From Ancylonema sp. (taxonomy: Eukaryota): a stretch of 62,692 bases of DNA. The position numbers and the translations under genes are program-made. The first letter of the stretch is position 1; each line of letters opens with the position of its first letter. The DNA is taken from contig JBFLGF010000165.1 of the NCBI GenBank assembly GCA_050230475.1, positions 1 through 62,692 of the forward strand, given 5' to 3'. The notes under the pieces were generated by a model. The model made no database searches, was not told the origin of the DNA, and saw only the letters and a list, made by a program, of their open reading frames with translations. This document shows, in pieces, positions 49,926 through 62,692 of this stretch.

Positions 49926-52900
49926 TTTGTTTTTGTTTTTTTGTTTTTTTGTTTTTTTGTGTGCAGGAAAGAAGGGCAACGGCTTGGATTGGCCCACTCG
50001 GAAGCGCATAGCTATTGGAACAGCCCGAGGCCTGGTACACCACACGATACGCAATGAGAAAATGTTCCACCCACTCTTCCCATAAATTATGTAATAAAAT
50101 ACTCTTTTTTTTACCAATAGCGTGGTATGGGTGCGACGCGACATCTTATGTATCTTCGAATGTGTGGTGTGCTCTTTCCTTGGGTTCAGGCGTACCTCCA
50201 TTATGACTGCTCACCTCGAATCGTACATCGAGATGTAAAAGCGCAAAATTTACTTTTGGACATCGACTTCAACGCAAAGGTGGTCTCGAATGTCTCTTCC
50301 TTGCCGTCTCGAATCATATTTTATCATATCTCATTTCCCCTAACATTTGAGTTGTGTGATAGTAGGAAACGTGTCGATGCGACGTTTGAAAGTATCATCC
50401 CCCGCGAAACATTCAAGACTTGACACTCCACTGGCATTCGATTAAGTATCGTCGCTGCCGTCATCTTCGATCTTCGTAAATGACAAGTCTTGAGTGTAGA
50501 CCGTCATGTGAATATCACCCACCCCATTGGCGTCCCATGTTTTTTTTTTGGGGGGGGGGGTATGTGGATGTGAAAATGACATTGGGTGTGAAAACTACGT
50601 TCAGGTGGCGGACTTTGGTTTGGCGCGCATGTTGGGAGCCAAAGCCGATCATTGCTCCACAAAAGTGATGGGAACGTACGGATACTTGGCCCCCGATGTG
50701 GTGCACACGGGGCATGTCACCGACAAAGCCGATGTGTACAGGTATGAAACCCCTTCTTGCTTATAGTTGTGAAGCACCACCTACATTCGGTTCAAATTGA
50801 TTTAAAACATGGTGATGTGTCTCCTCATTGCTGCATTAGTGTCAATGGATGTTATGATGTGGAGCTAAGTCTCACTGATGCTGCTCCCCCTCCGCCCCCC
50901 CCCCCCCGATTTCTGCTTTTCCTAGTTTTGGCGTGGTCCTTCTTGAGCTCTTGACTGGTCGCAAGCCCTTGGCTCCTCCCTCGCCTCACACAGATAAACC
51001 AATCAGCCTTGTCGAATGGGTGAGAACAGGTTTCGATGAGGCGTAGCGTTAGGTTGAAGGGAAGACTTGACTTGGAGCACTCTCGCCTTCTCTCTTTTCA
51101 CAGCTTCACATAGGAGCCAAGTTTAACCAGTTGCGTGCGACATGTTGTGTAGGCACGGGATGGATGGCAGAGGAAGGTGGACCCTATGTCTCTAGTGGAC
51201 CCCACTTTGAGTAGCGTTGTTCTCGATGAGGTGGAGGCTATATGGACGATAGCGATCGAGTGCATACATTACAAACCACAACGCCGGCCCACCATGGATC
51301 AAGTACGTACGCGAATACAAACCAATTACTTTTGCAATACCATTGTGCACGTGTGTGCACGTGTGCGCACGTGTTGCTACTCGTGTTTATGTCTTTATAA
51401 GTGGCATATGGGGAAACATCATTTTGTTGTGACACCAAGGTTTGAGTTATGAGTGTGTTATATTTCACCAACGCCACAATGTCTTGTTTGCAACAGGTCC
51501 TCAGACGGCTACAAGAGACTCTCGACCGAAAACTGGAGGATCTCTCAAATGTGGAACATGAGGCGGATGATGCACCCTCGATGCTCACTCTCAGCAACAT
51601 TGCGTTTGGTGCTCTTTCAACCGGCTCGGTTGAAGAGTTATTCACAGAAACACACGAGTGTTTGGGATCCACATCGAATACTACAACCAACTCACCGCGA
51701 GCAGAGGAAGGTGAAATACTTGTATGATTTGAATGGGGGGTTAGATTCAATTTAGTATGATTCGGTGGCGGCTTTACGCGCCTTTAGCCTTTTTGGCAAC
51801 TGGCAATGGTAGTTTCTTAATGGCACATCCTCATGATAAAATATTAGAGAGAAACCGTGCAATAGATCTCTAGCTCATCACAAGTGCCATACTCATTGGG
51901 ACAGTTTTTGCGTCAATCATGTGGACGGTTTCAAAATAGATGTCACTCCAAGAATAATTCAAATGGCAAGGATAATACATGGTATCGATAGTGATCGAGA
52001 TCGATAATTTTGGCATACATTTTATGTGATCTAATTTTTTGTTAATATTTGTCGAGTATGCACGGGATATAACGACATTCGCTCGCGACTGACGTTACAC
52101 ATACGTCATTACCACGAAATTACCCCTCATGCAGCCAGCCAAGTGAATTTGTAGCCACGATATGCCACAACATGTTACACTTCTTGACATTAACATCAAA
52201 TAAAACCTAGTGCTTTGGTGCCGCTTCCATATCCAAATCCATTTGTGTGCTTTGAAGACTTGATCACTAATCATGTCTACAGCCAATGTACCTGTCATAG
52301 GTTCAATGATGCAAATTTCATCATTGATTTTCGGTGATGTTTTTGTCCCGATGTGTTTTCATATTGATGTGAAGGCATCACACGTTCTGATTTGAAGCAA
52401 CACGACCTTCTTTTGGTGCATTGTTGTGACAAGGTTAGATACTTTTATTTTTTCCAATATTATTCTATTTTTGGTGGTCTCCATTCAATTTTATTAATAA
52501 TCGCAGGTGCCTCCATCATAGTCACAGTAGAACGAAACCGAAGAGGGCGAGGTCACGTATCAACCCCTTACCAGGGGTTCCGAACGGGCTGAGGTGTGGA
52601 CCAAGCTGGTGTAAGTTGGCATTTATTTTGGCCTTTTTGGAGGTTTTCAGGTTTTTTTTTCGGGTATGCTGCTGCTGTGTTTTTGGTTCCTTTCCTATCA
52701 ATTAGAACGGTTACACGGACCTCGCTCCAAGTCCTCTTGACTCCAGACCGGGTTCCACACAAGCATGTTTTCGCAAAACGATGGTTATAATCTACTCCGA
52801 TAATAGTGTGGTGCGGTAATCGGAAACCCGAATCCCATCAAATAGTAGGTGAATATTTGGTTACTCAAAAGTGTTGATCTAATCGCAATGCCCATACATT

Positions 52901-53979
52901 GTTCACTCGCTCTTGATTCAGATCAGTACGCCATGAATTGACAAGTTTAATCAACTAAGGTTAAAAGTATGGAACTCAGACTTTTGGTACAATTCTCGGC
53001 ATGCACAATCTTCTGGCACAAGCAGCTAACGTAGTCTTGTCCGTACACTGTCTTGTCCGTACGCATATGAGCTGGATGCGGTGTATAACAATAGGCAGGT
53101 GAAAAACAGAGCTAAACGACGAAGCTCCCACGTACAACAGCCGTAATCCCAATGTCCAATGAGCACTCAATAAAGCACTAACGATATTCATAATGCACGT
53201 GACCCCTAATATCGTATAGTCAAACGTGCACCCGATGAATGAAAGAAATCCCGCAATTAACCGGACTAGCTTTCAATTCCGGATTAGGTACTGCGACGAC
53301 TTCTGCTAAGTACTACAGTTGTGATGTTGATGGCTACAAGAAACGTTTTTGTACAATGCGGTCGTGACCGTCATGAAGTCGAGCAACTCTATTTTCTAGG
53401 CTTGAGCTAGGCAACAGCCTAGGCACTAATGCATCGTGTCTTAGATCGCACCACGATTCAGCATTTGGCCTAGAATCATTGTTAAATAGAAGAAGCTATT
53501 TTCTCAAACGCCATCAACCGTGTAGCACAAGCCTAATGAAGCGGATTGGCAATGCCAACATCCAAAGATTGCCCCTTACAATTACACAACGAAAGCGGTT
53601 GCCTAGGCCATCCCCTACCCAAGTCGGAGACTAAAGATGCACCCTGACGTTGCATCCTGGGGCCCCATTCAAACCTCCCTCTCTTATAATTAAATCAGAG
53701 AGGTTCGAGTGTGTGAATCAAGCTGCCACGGCTGCTGGCACCTCGGCCACCAGCAACAATTTAATCTCCCCAATCGTGCTTTCTATTTCTTTAAAGAATT
53801 TGAGGTTTTGAGGCGCCCGGGGCCTCAGCGACGACAACGCGCTATCCAGAGTGAGCACCACATCTGCCACGGATAACCGCTTCTCCGCACAGTTCTGGAT
53901 CATGATGAGAGTCGCCACACAAGACGCCATAAGCTCTGACACCTCCACCGCATCCTTGGGCAGACAGGACCCCAAATCA
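49926..53979 (+). repeat. Duplicate of 44184-48237 (RLK exons 7-12, intergenic DNA, ALY 3' end)
   Basis: Constant offset 5742; no differences seen. Confidence 0.9.
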
Positions 53980-56900
53980 AACCTCCCCCTCTCCCCAATC
54001 CCCACCAGAGGGTTGGCAGGGACTGCCGGTTTCCTACCATTACCCCTCCCATGCCACCTCCCACCCTCCCCCACATCCCCCCCACCCACTCCACTGTGCC
54101 TTACCCCTCCCCATTCACCTCCCTGGGGAAAGAGCGGCCCATCCGCCTGCAGCCTCCCCCACCTGCTCTTCAGGTTGGGGGTAAGAGAGGTAAAGCCTTC
54201 CAAGGCGATGGAGAGTCGTGGCAGGGGGTCGTCCGCCTCCCTGGTCCCCGCCATCACCTGCATGGCAGTCGCCACCATGCTGCGAGCCTCTCTCCTCGCC
54301 CCTGCTGCCATCTCTCCAATAGGGGCCGACCCTGCTAGGTACCCGGAATCCTCAGGCTCCCACCCCTCCAACCGGCCCCGCCCCGTTTTCCCTGCCCTCC
54401 GCGTGCTGGCAGTGAGTGGGGGGGGCAGGGCCTCCATCGGCAGCGCTGTGGAGGGGAGAGGGTGGTGCTTCACCCGATCCTCAGCTTCCCTCGGGCTCCT
54501 GCTCGCCGACAGGGCATCCTCTACCTGGACACCACACACGTGAGCCAGCGTCAGCCGCTGCCAGGTGTCGCTGCAGAGGGGCATGGGGGGCGTGTCTCAC
54601 ATGCTTATTGGCATGCTTGAGGTTGATGAGGAGCGACGCATACTGGCGCTGAAACGCTTCCTGCACGCCAGGCCCTTGCAGCCCTCTAAGCCCGATGGCG
54701 ATCCCCCCCCCTGCCACATCTTCCCCCATGCGGATCTGCCCCGCCTCTGCCTCCACATCCATGCACCGCAGCTCCTTGAGCAGCGCCTCCTTCTTGTCCA
54801 AAGCCTTCTGTAGACCCAGCAACACCAACGCCTCCCTCTCCTCCTCCACCACCACCACCTCCACCTGCACCTCCTCTCCACCTCCACACGGGACAGGTGT
54901 CGCCTCCTTGTCCTGCTCTCCCTCAGCCTCCATCCCCCCTGCCCCATCATTCGCCCCCTGCCCCTTGCCCCTTCCCGGTCGGTGGCAAAGTGAAGTAGAG
55001 AGAGGAGGCCCTGTCCAATTTCTCGTGCAGCAGGGTGCGGGTGACATGACTGGCGCTGGAGACCACCCGCGTCCCCCCCCCCGACTCCGCTCGGCCCTCC
55101 ATGCCGGAGAAGAGACGGGCCTCAAAGGCAAAGCGCCGCGTGTTCCTCATCGTTTCCGGAAGGTTCTCCAACGGATTCACGGGCATAACGTCAATGTCCT
55201 GACCAACCACCGACCAGGACACCAAACAGCTCATCGTGTGTTAGCATTCACCTCCCCCCTCCCCCCCCCCGTCCCCCCCTGCTGCTATAACTGACCTGGA
55301 CCAGCTCCACCCCGAGCTCAGGCTTTTCGAACTGCACTCGGCATCGGCCCTTGTCTACTGTGAGCACGCTGCCGTCGGCCACCTGGCCGGTGCGAGGGTG
55401 GTTGGCCACCACCCTCTGCCCCACAGTGAGCGGGCGGGCCAGCTCCATGGGGATGCGCACCGCCCCCCCCGCCGCCCTCACCCGCTGGTACTCCGCCCGC
55501 GCGCCCTCCCTGTACTGCGCCAGCTTGCGCCTCTCCTCCTCCAAAAAATTATTGGAAAGTCTTCGCGGCTTCCCCAGGGAGCTGCGCACAAAGGGAGCCC
55601 ACTGTTCAGAGGGGGGTGGCATGAGTGGGATGGGAGCGGCTGGGTTGGCCAGACACCGACCTTCGGAAGCTCCCCCACTCCGCGCGTGTGAGGGCGGTGA
55701 TGTGGTGCAGCCTGAGGTGCCGCAAGTAGTCCGTGAATTCATTGCGGGCGAACCAGGGCAGCTCCAGTGCGGAATACATCCACTCTGCCCGGCACCACCT
55801 GCGCACCAGCGGGCTGGACAGGCAGTGGGCCAGCCGAGCCTGCAGCCAGCCTCCATACCACCTCAGTCCCCCCTTTTCCGTACCTTAACAATACCAGCAT
55901 CCCATCCCTACCCCCCTTCTCACCCGTGCACTGACAGAGGGATGCATGCCAGGTGGCGCGTGGGGGCAGAATCCAGGATTGTCTTGGGCCACGTTGGCCG
56001 CAACACCTCCAGTTTGTCCCATGGCCCTCTTTTTGCTCCGTAACTTGGCAGGCAATGAGCTTCCGCCACCTGTCATGCATCCCATCTCTGTTTCACCCTC
56101 TGCCTTCCCAGCGGCCGCAGCTGCCCCATCCCCACCCCCACTCTCCTCCACCCCTGCTGCAGTGGAGGGCAAGGCAGGCTTTTTGGTGCTAGTGCCTGTC
56201 CTCCTCCGACCTCTAGGCTGGGTGGTGGGAGGGGGGGTGGCGACCTCCTCCTGACAACGACACCAGAGATGGCGTCAGCTCATGTGGTCAGCCCCTTTTG
56301 GGCTGGAGGGGATGGAGGGTGGGGTTTGTGTTCACCTTCTCCCTATTCTGCTTCCTTTTCCTCTTCCTTGGCTCGGATTCAGATCCTTTCACTTCAGCTA
56401 CGGGTTTCTGGGGGGTGGTGCTGCCCTTCTCGGGTTTGGTGAGGCCCCCTTTGGAGTCGCTTCCAGGAGCCTCGGCCGCTTTCCGCGATCTGGGCGTCCG
56501 CGTTTTGGGTGTTTCATTTGCGGTCGACTTTGCTACTTCCCCCCCTTCCTTCCCTTTTCCTTCCTCATCGCCCAGCGTCAGTTTCTTTTTCACTGGTGTA
56601 ACGTTCCTACTTGTGGGTTTGGAGCGCACCCGTTTAGAGGGGGTTTGTGAGAGCGATCGAACAGGCGAGGCTTCTGCTGGCCTTTGAGGGGCGTTTCTGA
56701 GCGACTTGAGGGGGGAGGGTCTGGTAGAGGACGGATTCCGCACTCTCTCCTTTTTGGGTTCCTCTGCGCTTTCCTCTGCAGAAGAGCAGCACATGAGAGC
56801 ACTTGTGAGTTATATGCATACAACACATACGCATACAACACATACGCATACAACACACACGCATACAACACATACGCATACAACACACACGCATACAACA

Positions 56901-59900
56901 CATACGCATAGAACACATACGCAAAGAGCACATATGCATTTTCACATGACACATGTGTACGTGTGCGACAGAGTGTGGACTGCCACCTGGCATCTCACCT
57001 CCCAGTTGGTCCACCACTGCCACCAGTGCATCCAGTCCCGTCGGTTGTCCTGAGAACCGACACGGCAGGCGTGAGAAGGAGCATCGAGTGAGCGGAACCG
57101 GTTTGTGCGGATGAAGACGGGCATGGCTTCGAACATTTCCATTTCCTTTTGAGGTACTTGCTCACAAATGTGCTGCTGCTTGTTTATTGCCTTTTGATTT
57201 CGAAGTCGAAAATTTGGCAGCTACTTTGACAGCTGTCCCCCTTAGAAAGATCTGCTCACCAGCATCTGAATCTCGAAACGCTTCCTGCATTTCCTCGTCC
57301 TCCTCCTTCTCCCCACCTCCCTGTCTTCGCCTTGCTGTCCTCCCCCTCCTTCCCTTCTCCCCCCCCCCCCCCGCTGTCTCCTTTCCTGCATCCCTCGCCT
57401 CCTCCCCCTCCTTGTCCCGTTCCATGACTGCCACTGCCCCCAGTTTCAGCAGCCCTATCCCAGGAGACTCCTCCTCCTCCTCTTCTGTCCCGTCACCTGG
57501 TTGGCCGCCTCCCAGCACGCCGCCTCCTGAGGCTGCCACCTGTCCCTGAGGTGAATCGTCGGGTCGCGGGTCACCATGCCTACCTCTCTTGGAGCTCTTT
57601 GTTTCGAGCTGCGGGAAATCATTCGAACACTCAGTAATCTGAAATTGTGGAAAAAATACTAGAATACCACTACACCAAAACTACTACACTGCTACACTGC
57701 CACACAGCTACACAGCTACACTACTAACTACTGCTACACAGATACTTAAACCATGAAATCATGAAGCAGAAATGCAAGCATTCCTTCCACAAATTGCAGC
57801 AGGAGCTACCATTCCGTCTGCGCACCCTTACCCACACGCATCCCCGACAATCATGGTCAACAGATCAAGATACGACGCATACACATGTCCCGCATAGCCC
57901 ACAACCACGTCCCAACATAGGACACCCAACCCCTTCCCTTCCCAAAAGCCATCCACCCCCGCAGACCAGCTTCCACATGCTTCCCCCCAATTCCTCTTCT
58001 GAGATCCCACCTCCGTGTTGTGGCCCTTCCAAGGAGGCGTTCCTTTACACGGAGGCCGCAGAGACGACCATCCAGAGTCTCTACAAGCCTCCACTCCCCC
58101 CCCGTTTCGACTGCGACTGCCCTTTTTTGCACTCTTCTCTTCTTTGTCTTCTTCCGACTCAGTCCCGTGCACCGCCGCGTCAGACCCCTTCCCGTTCTCA
58201 TTCGACCCGCTGTTCGTTACCGCTTCGCCGCTTTCCGCCTTCACACCTGCCTGCAGGGCTGGTCGGCTGTTGCTCCACGTCCGCGGAAGTCGCACTGCGG
58301 GTAAACCCCGTGGCGCCACACCAACATTCAGTCGCGTTGCCAGGATAAAGTCTGTTTCACACGAAATTTCACAGGGTATATGTTCGGCTACACGTATGTA
58401 TGTAGTAGAGGTACGGAAATCAACACACGCCAGGTGTATTTTCTGTGTTTGATGACACCGTTTATATCACCTGTGCGGTTCCGTTTGGTTCTGGGGAACG
58501 AGTGTTCCTCCTCCTCTGGCTTGCTCTCTGGCGCAACGACCCCTTCCCCTTTTTTCGAGCGACTCCCCCCCCGACCTGACTTGGCCTCTTCCTCCTCCCC
58601 CTCCCCCTCCTCCCCCCCCTCCTCTCTTTCTCCCTCCGACTTGCTCTCCTTCTGGGCGAGTATGAGGGGCCCAAAAAAAGACGTCAGCAGAAGCATAGCC
58701 TTCACGCTGACAGCCTTGGAGGTCGTCACACACTTTTCTTACTTCTGAATGCATCAGTTCTACACCATTCCGTTTCAAGAAGAGACTGATTCAGATGTTC
58801 TGGGAGAGGCATGCAGATGAGTGCAACATCCTTGCGTTCCTATCAGAATGTACGTCACAAGTATGACTCCCACCATATTCACACTGCCTCAACCTACCCC
58901 ACTTCCTCAATCCACAAACTGACGAGATGCTCTGTTCTCCATTTCCAGAATCTTCCAGAATCTTCTTATTTGCCTACTATTCGAACCACTCCGCATCTTA
59001 GAGTGTTCCTCGCAACACTTTGTCTGTATCGCCACAGCGCCCACTGACCACACACACAAATCTTCGCATTCAATCATGGCAGGCCGGCACAGCACAACAG
59101 TCCCTACTCACAAAAGTAGCGTACAGATCGGTAGCCACGGCGACCAGGCCTGTCGAAGATGCCTCTTTCAGCGACAGGTACATCTGCACGCCCTCCCCCT
59201 CACAACCGGACGGTCACATAAAACGTCCCCTCTCTGCACTAGTCACCAAGACAGTACTTCTCCCCCATATTTGCTGCGACTTCTTCATCAGTTACTTGTG
59301 TGAGCAATGCCCTTCCATGTCATAGAGCCCTTCCATGACATGCATTGACACTTTCCAATGATTAAAAAGAACACTCACCACCTGCTCTTAGGATGATGAC
59401 CTACTGGTAAGCACAGGTGATTGAGCCGTTATCTACACTCGCCCTAGAGCATTTTCCAGTCATGATCCAAGCACTACTAGCCACAAAACGTGCTTCCTCA
59501 CCTTCGTCATGTTGTACAGTGCCTTCACCATTTCCTCGCTTCTGTTCTCCATGCAGGCTGCCACCTGGCAGAGCACCACAGGAGGACAGCCAGAAGAGGA
59601 GTACCATTCAGTCATGCTCTTAGTTCACATTGTGATGAGACACTCGATGTGATATGCCCGTCGTTTGTCTGCATGTCATATGCGATTCTCGGTGTGGACA
59701 CCAATGTATGTATAGGCTCCGTGTGGTAGGCATTGGTTGGTGCCATACAATAACCTTGAGTGCAGACAATGAGGATTTAGACCAACAAAAGGCTTGAAAT
59801 ACGTCCCCTGGCTGCCTGCAATACTTCAGAGTGAGGATTTTCTAGAAGTCTGTCCAGATGCAGCTTATGTACCATACTCATGAACGAGATGGTGAATAGC

Positions 59901-60808
59901 CTACCACCCCTATCTCAATTCCACCCCTACCTGAACCCAGTGTGTTCCATGCTTTTTGTACGCAACGTAAAAATCCTCCAACTCAGCCTGAGCCCAGTGC
60001 GGACCTGCCAAATCTGCCAGAGACCGCCTCTGCACAAGGTACACGACGAGCAGCTTATGGAATTAGGGCTGATCACGTGCAGAGCTTCCCACATACACGG
60101 ACATTGTCCTCCTTGTAGGGCAATATTGCACTTCACAGACCCCTAAAGATGTGTGGTAATGCTTATCATGCATTATTTTTCAACGCAGTCATACATCATC
60201 AACTTCAGTAGCTTGTTGTGCAACACAGATGCGCTATCAGCAGAGCTCTGTCGCACCGACATGTTCGACTCAACCTACATCTCTGTCTGTTTCTCTTACA
60301 GTGGCCGTTTTGTAACAAACAGAATGGGCTTCCCACAGAATACTACGGCAAAAACGAGGGACTTAGACAAAGCAAGCACACCATCTAGGAAACCATGGCA
60401 ACAAAAATTGGAAACCTATAGAGTCGCGACAGGCTGCTAGGGTATTTACATCAACATATACCAGCGAGTTCCATTGGTGAACACACGAAAAAACCGAAAC
60501 TGCCAAAGGTGACGGTCTTTTACAAACGATATTCTTTCATATCAGTGTGCTACAATGTCTCAGGCAGGAAATTTATTGTACTCAGACGACACAATTGCTT
60601 CTGGGGCGTAGCTTTTGTCCCTGGCCCATTATGCCATGCTGCCCACGTCGGACTTTATGCGAGAGAATCACTTCTCAACAGTTTTTCTACGGCACTTCGG
60701 TGACTGCCTAACATTTTCTCCGACCTTTGGGCGTGGATTGTCGTCGCTTCCTGTGTCGCCCCCATGTGTGGTGCGGCTTGCGGAACGAGGCCTCCTCATA
60801 GTAGACAT
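53718..60808 (-). CDS. ALY: ALWAYS EARLY / LIN-9 (DREAM complex) homolog with SANT-Myb and DIRP domains
   Basis: Exon 1 60808-60725; exon 2 60029-59931 (RRSLADLAGPHWAQAELEDFYVAYKKHG); then VAACMENRSEEMVKALY and YLSL; DIRP region RWCRAEWMYSALELPWFARNEF...SSLGKPRRLS...ARPLTVGQRV...DIDVMPVNPLENLP; C-terminus ELMASCVATLIMIQ...SLRPRAPQNLKFFKEIE. Confidence 0.92.
56816..56922. repeat. 15-bp minisatellite (GCATACAACACAYAC)n in an ALY intron
   Basis: About 7 directly visible units. Confidence 0.9.
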
Positions 60809-62011
60809 CAGGCTGATCCGTTTGTTGCAACCCCAGCAGATGAGCTCTTTCAGTATCCGTGTATTCAACTTGCACCACTCAAACGTCTCTTTTAACTGGT
60901 TCTGGTGCATGAGCCACAGAGCCCTAAATAGATAGGAAAGATGGGCCCTTCCGACCAAGGAAGAAAGCGTGAACGACTGGTCTAGAACAAGATGAAGGAA
61001 CTCATGAATCAGGGATCACAAAAGGAGACCCTAGCATTTCTGCTCCGCCGTGTGCAGGCTCCACCCCTTCATAGAGATGTCAGCCCCGCCAGCAGACATG
61101 TCTGTCCTGATGCCCTTCTGAAGCTCTTCAACTTGCGCTTCCAACAAATTTTGAATCAAACTCTGCGAAGTGGAGGAGGTACAGTGAGAACCCTGAGCCG
61201 TCGATTTTTGCATTATTACGTCTCCCTCACCGTTGTTTGGCAAATACTCGATGAAACGAATCTCGACGGTTGTGCGCGACCCATCGTCATGAGATAAACA
61301 GTGATATAGGCACGCTTTCAGGACCGGGCGTTTTGGTGCCAATAACGTGTCTGTGTTAGTACCGCGAATATCGCGTTATAGACGAGATTGCTAGGGCCCC
61401 ACAGATAAGATGTGCCTGCAAGGAGAGAAAGCCAAAATTTTGCTCCCCAGAGATCGAGAATGTCGTTTGGCAAACGACGTTTCAGATGTTTGTCAACCAT
61501 TTTTCTCATATTTTTTTGACTTATTAGCTGATTGGGGTGTGAATGAGTACAAATGCTTCGAGGCAATTCCATGTAAGAAAAAACGTACATAATGAACGAT
61601 GTTTCCCCCTCCATTTAAAGTTAGCATGGTTTATGACGTCAGTATCCGATACAAGCACAATCTCGCCCTCTTTTTGGTGCTTGTAACACGGTATGCCAGA
61701 GCCTATTACGAGCACGATGTGGGAGGTACTCAGCATTTTGTTACCAATGCCGTGTATGTGCCAATAAAAAGTGTGCCTATAACAAGAATACCCTGAAAAT
61801 GAAAATGTCACGTTTACTACAAGCAAGCAAGGAATGCCTTCCACGTTTGAGGTGAACTCGGCAAGTCTGAACGAGAGGTAAAACGCACGTCAAAACTACA
61901 ATGTGAAGTATGCTGCAACATATTTGTATATTAATGATGTTTATGTAGTCCGGCCAAAGTTGCCGTAGTAGTGCGAGGTCTAAAGACGCGATTCGGTGTT
62001 TGTGGTGTTNA

Positions 62012-62692
62012 CAACATATACCAGCGAGTTCCATTGGTGAACACACGAAAAAACCGAAACTGCCAAAGGTGACGGTCTTTTACAAACGATATTCTTTCAT
62101 ATCAGTGTGCTACAATGTCTCAGGCAGGAAATTTATTGTACTCAGACGACACAATTGCTTCTGGGGCGTAGCTTTTGTCCCTGGCCCATTATGCCATGCT
62201 GCCCACGTCGGACTTTATGCGAGAGAATCACTTCTCAACAGTTTTTCTACGGCACTTCGGTGACTGCCTAACATTTTCTCCGACCTTTGGGCGTGGATTG
62301 TCGTCGCTTCCTGTGTCGCCCCCATGTGTGGTGCGGCTTGCGGAACGAGGCCTCCTCATAGTAGACATCAGGCTGATCCGTTTGTTGCAACCCCAGCAGA
62401 TGAGCTCTTTCAGTATCCGTGTATTCAACTTGCACCACTCAAACGTCTCTTTTAACTGGTTCTGGTGCATGAGCCACAGAGCCCTAAATAGATAGGAAAG
62501 ATGGGCCCTTCCGACCAAGGAAGAAAGCGTGAACGACTGGTCTAGAACAAGATGAAGGAACTCATGAATCAGGGATCACAAAAGGAGACCCTAGCATTTC
62601 TGCTCCGCCGTGTGCAGGCTCCACCCCTTCATAGAGATGTCAGCCCCGCCAGCAGACATGTCTGTCCTGATGCCCTTCTGAAGCTCTTCAAC
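62012..62692 (+). repeat. Duplicate of 60452-61132 (contains ALY exon 1)
   Basis: Offset 1560; starts right after the 'n' at 62010. Confidence 0.92.

Noticed and set aside
60452..62692. Second ALY gene start
   Set aside because: Exact repeat beginning immediately after an 'n'; most likely a contig overlap artefact.

Overview
Intron-rich eukaryotic DNA from the green-plant (streptophyte) lineage. The RLK/Pelle kinase, CHX, PLAC8/CNR, MEE59-like and ALWAYS EARLY genes point there, and it is possibly a streptophyte alga or other non-seed plant, though the species cannot be fixed from the sequence. Spliced genes reconstructed by eye: gamma-glutamyl hydrolase (-); a FAM21/WASHC2-like gene (+); the 3' half of a CHX cation/H+ exchanger (+) directly behind a chromovirus Ty3/gypsy remnant; a nucleoside hydrolase (-) with microexons and an internal duplication; PLAC8/CNR6-like (+); MEE59-like (-); an RLK/Pelle kinase (+); and ALWAYS EARLY/LIN-9 (-). 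Also present are a decayed, near-complete Ty1/copia element (TSD CTAGT) with a nested insertion, many intronic micro/minisatellites, and several apparently identical duplications, two of which abut 'n' joins and are probably assembly artefacts. Top leads: (1) a Pelle kinase fused to a 3-4 pass, tetraspan-like membrane module; (2) a plant-lineage FAM21 with LFa repeats; (3) a strongly over-represented CAGGTGGC/GCCACCTG motif inside coding exons, independent of frame and strand. All exon models are manual and unverified by transcripts.
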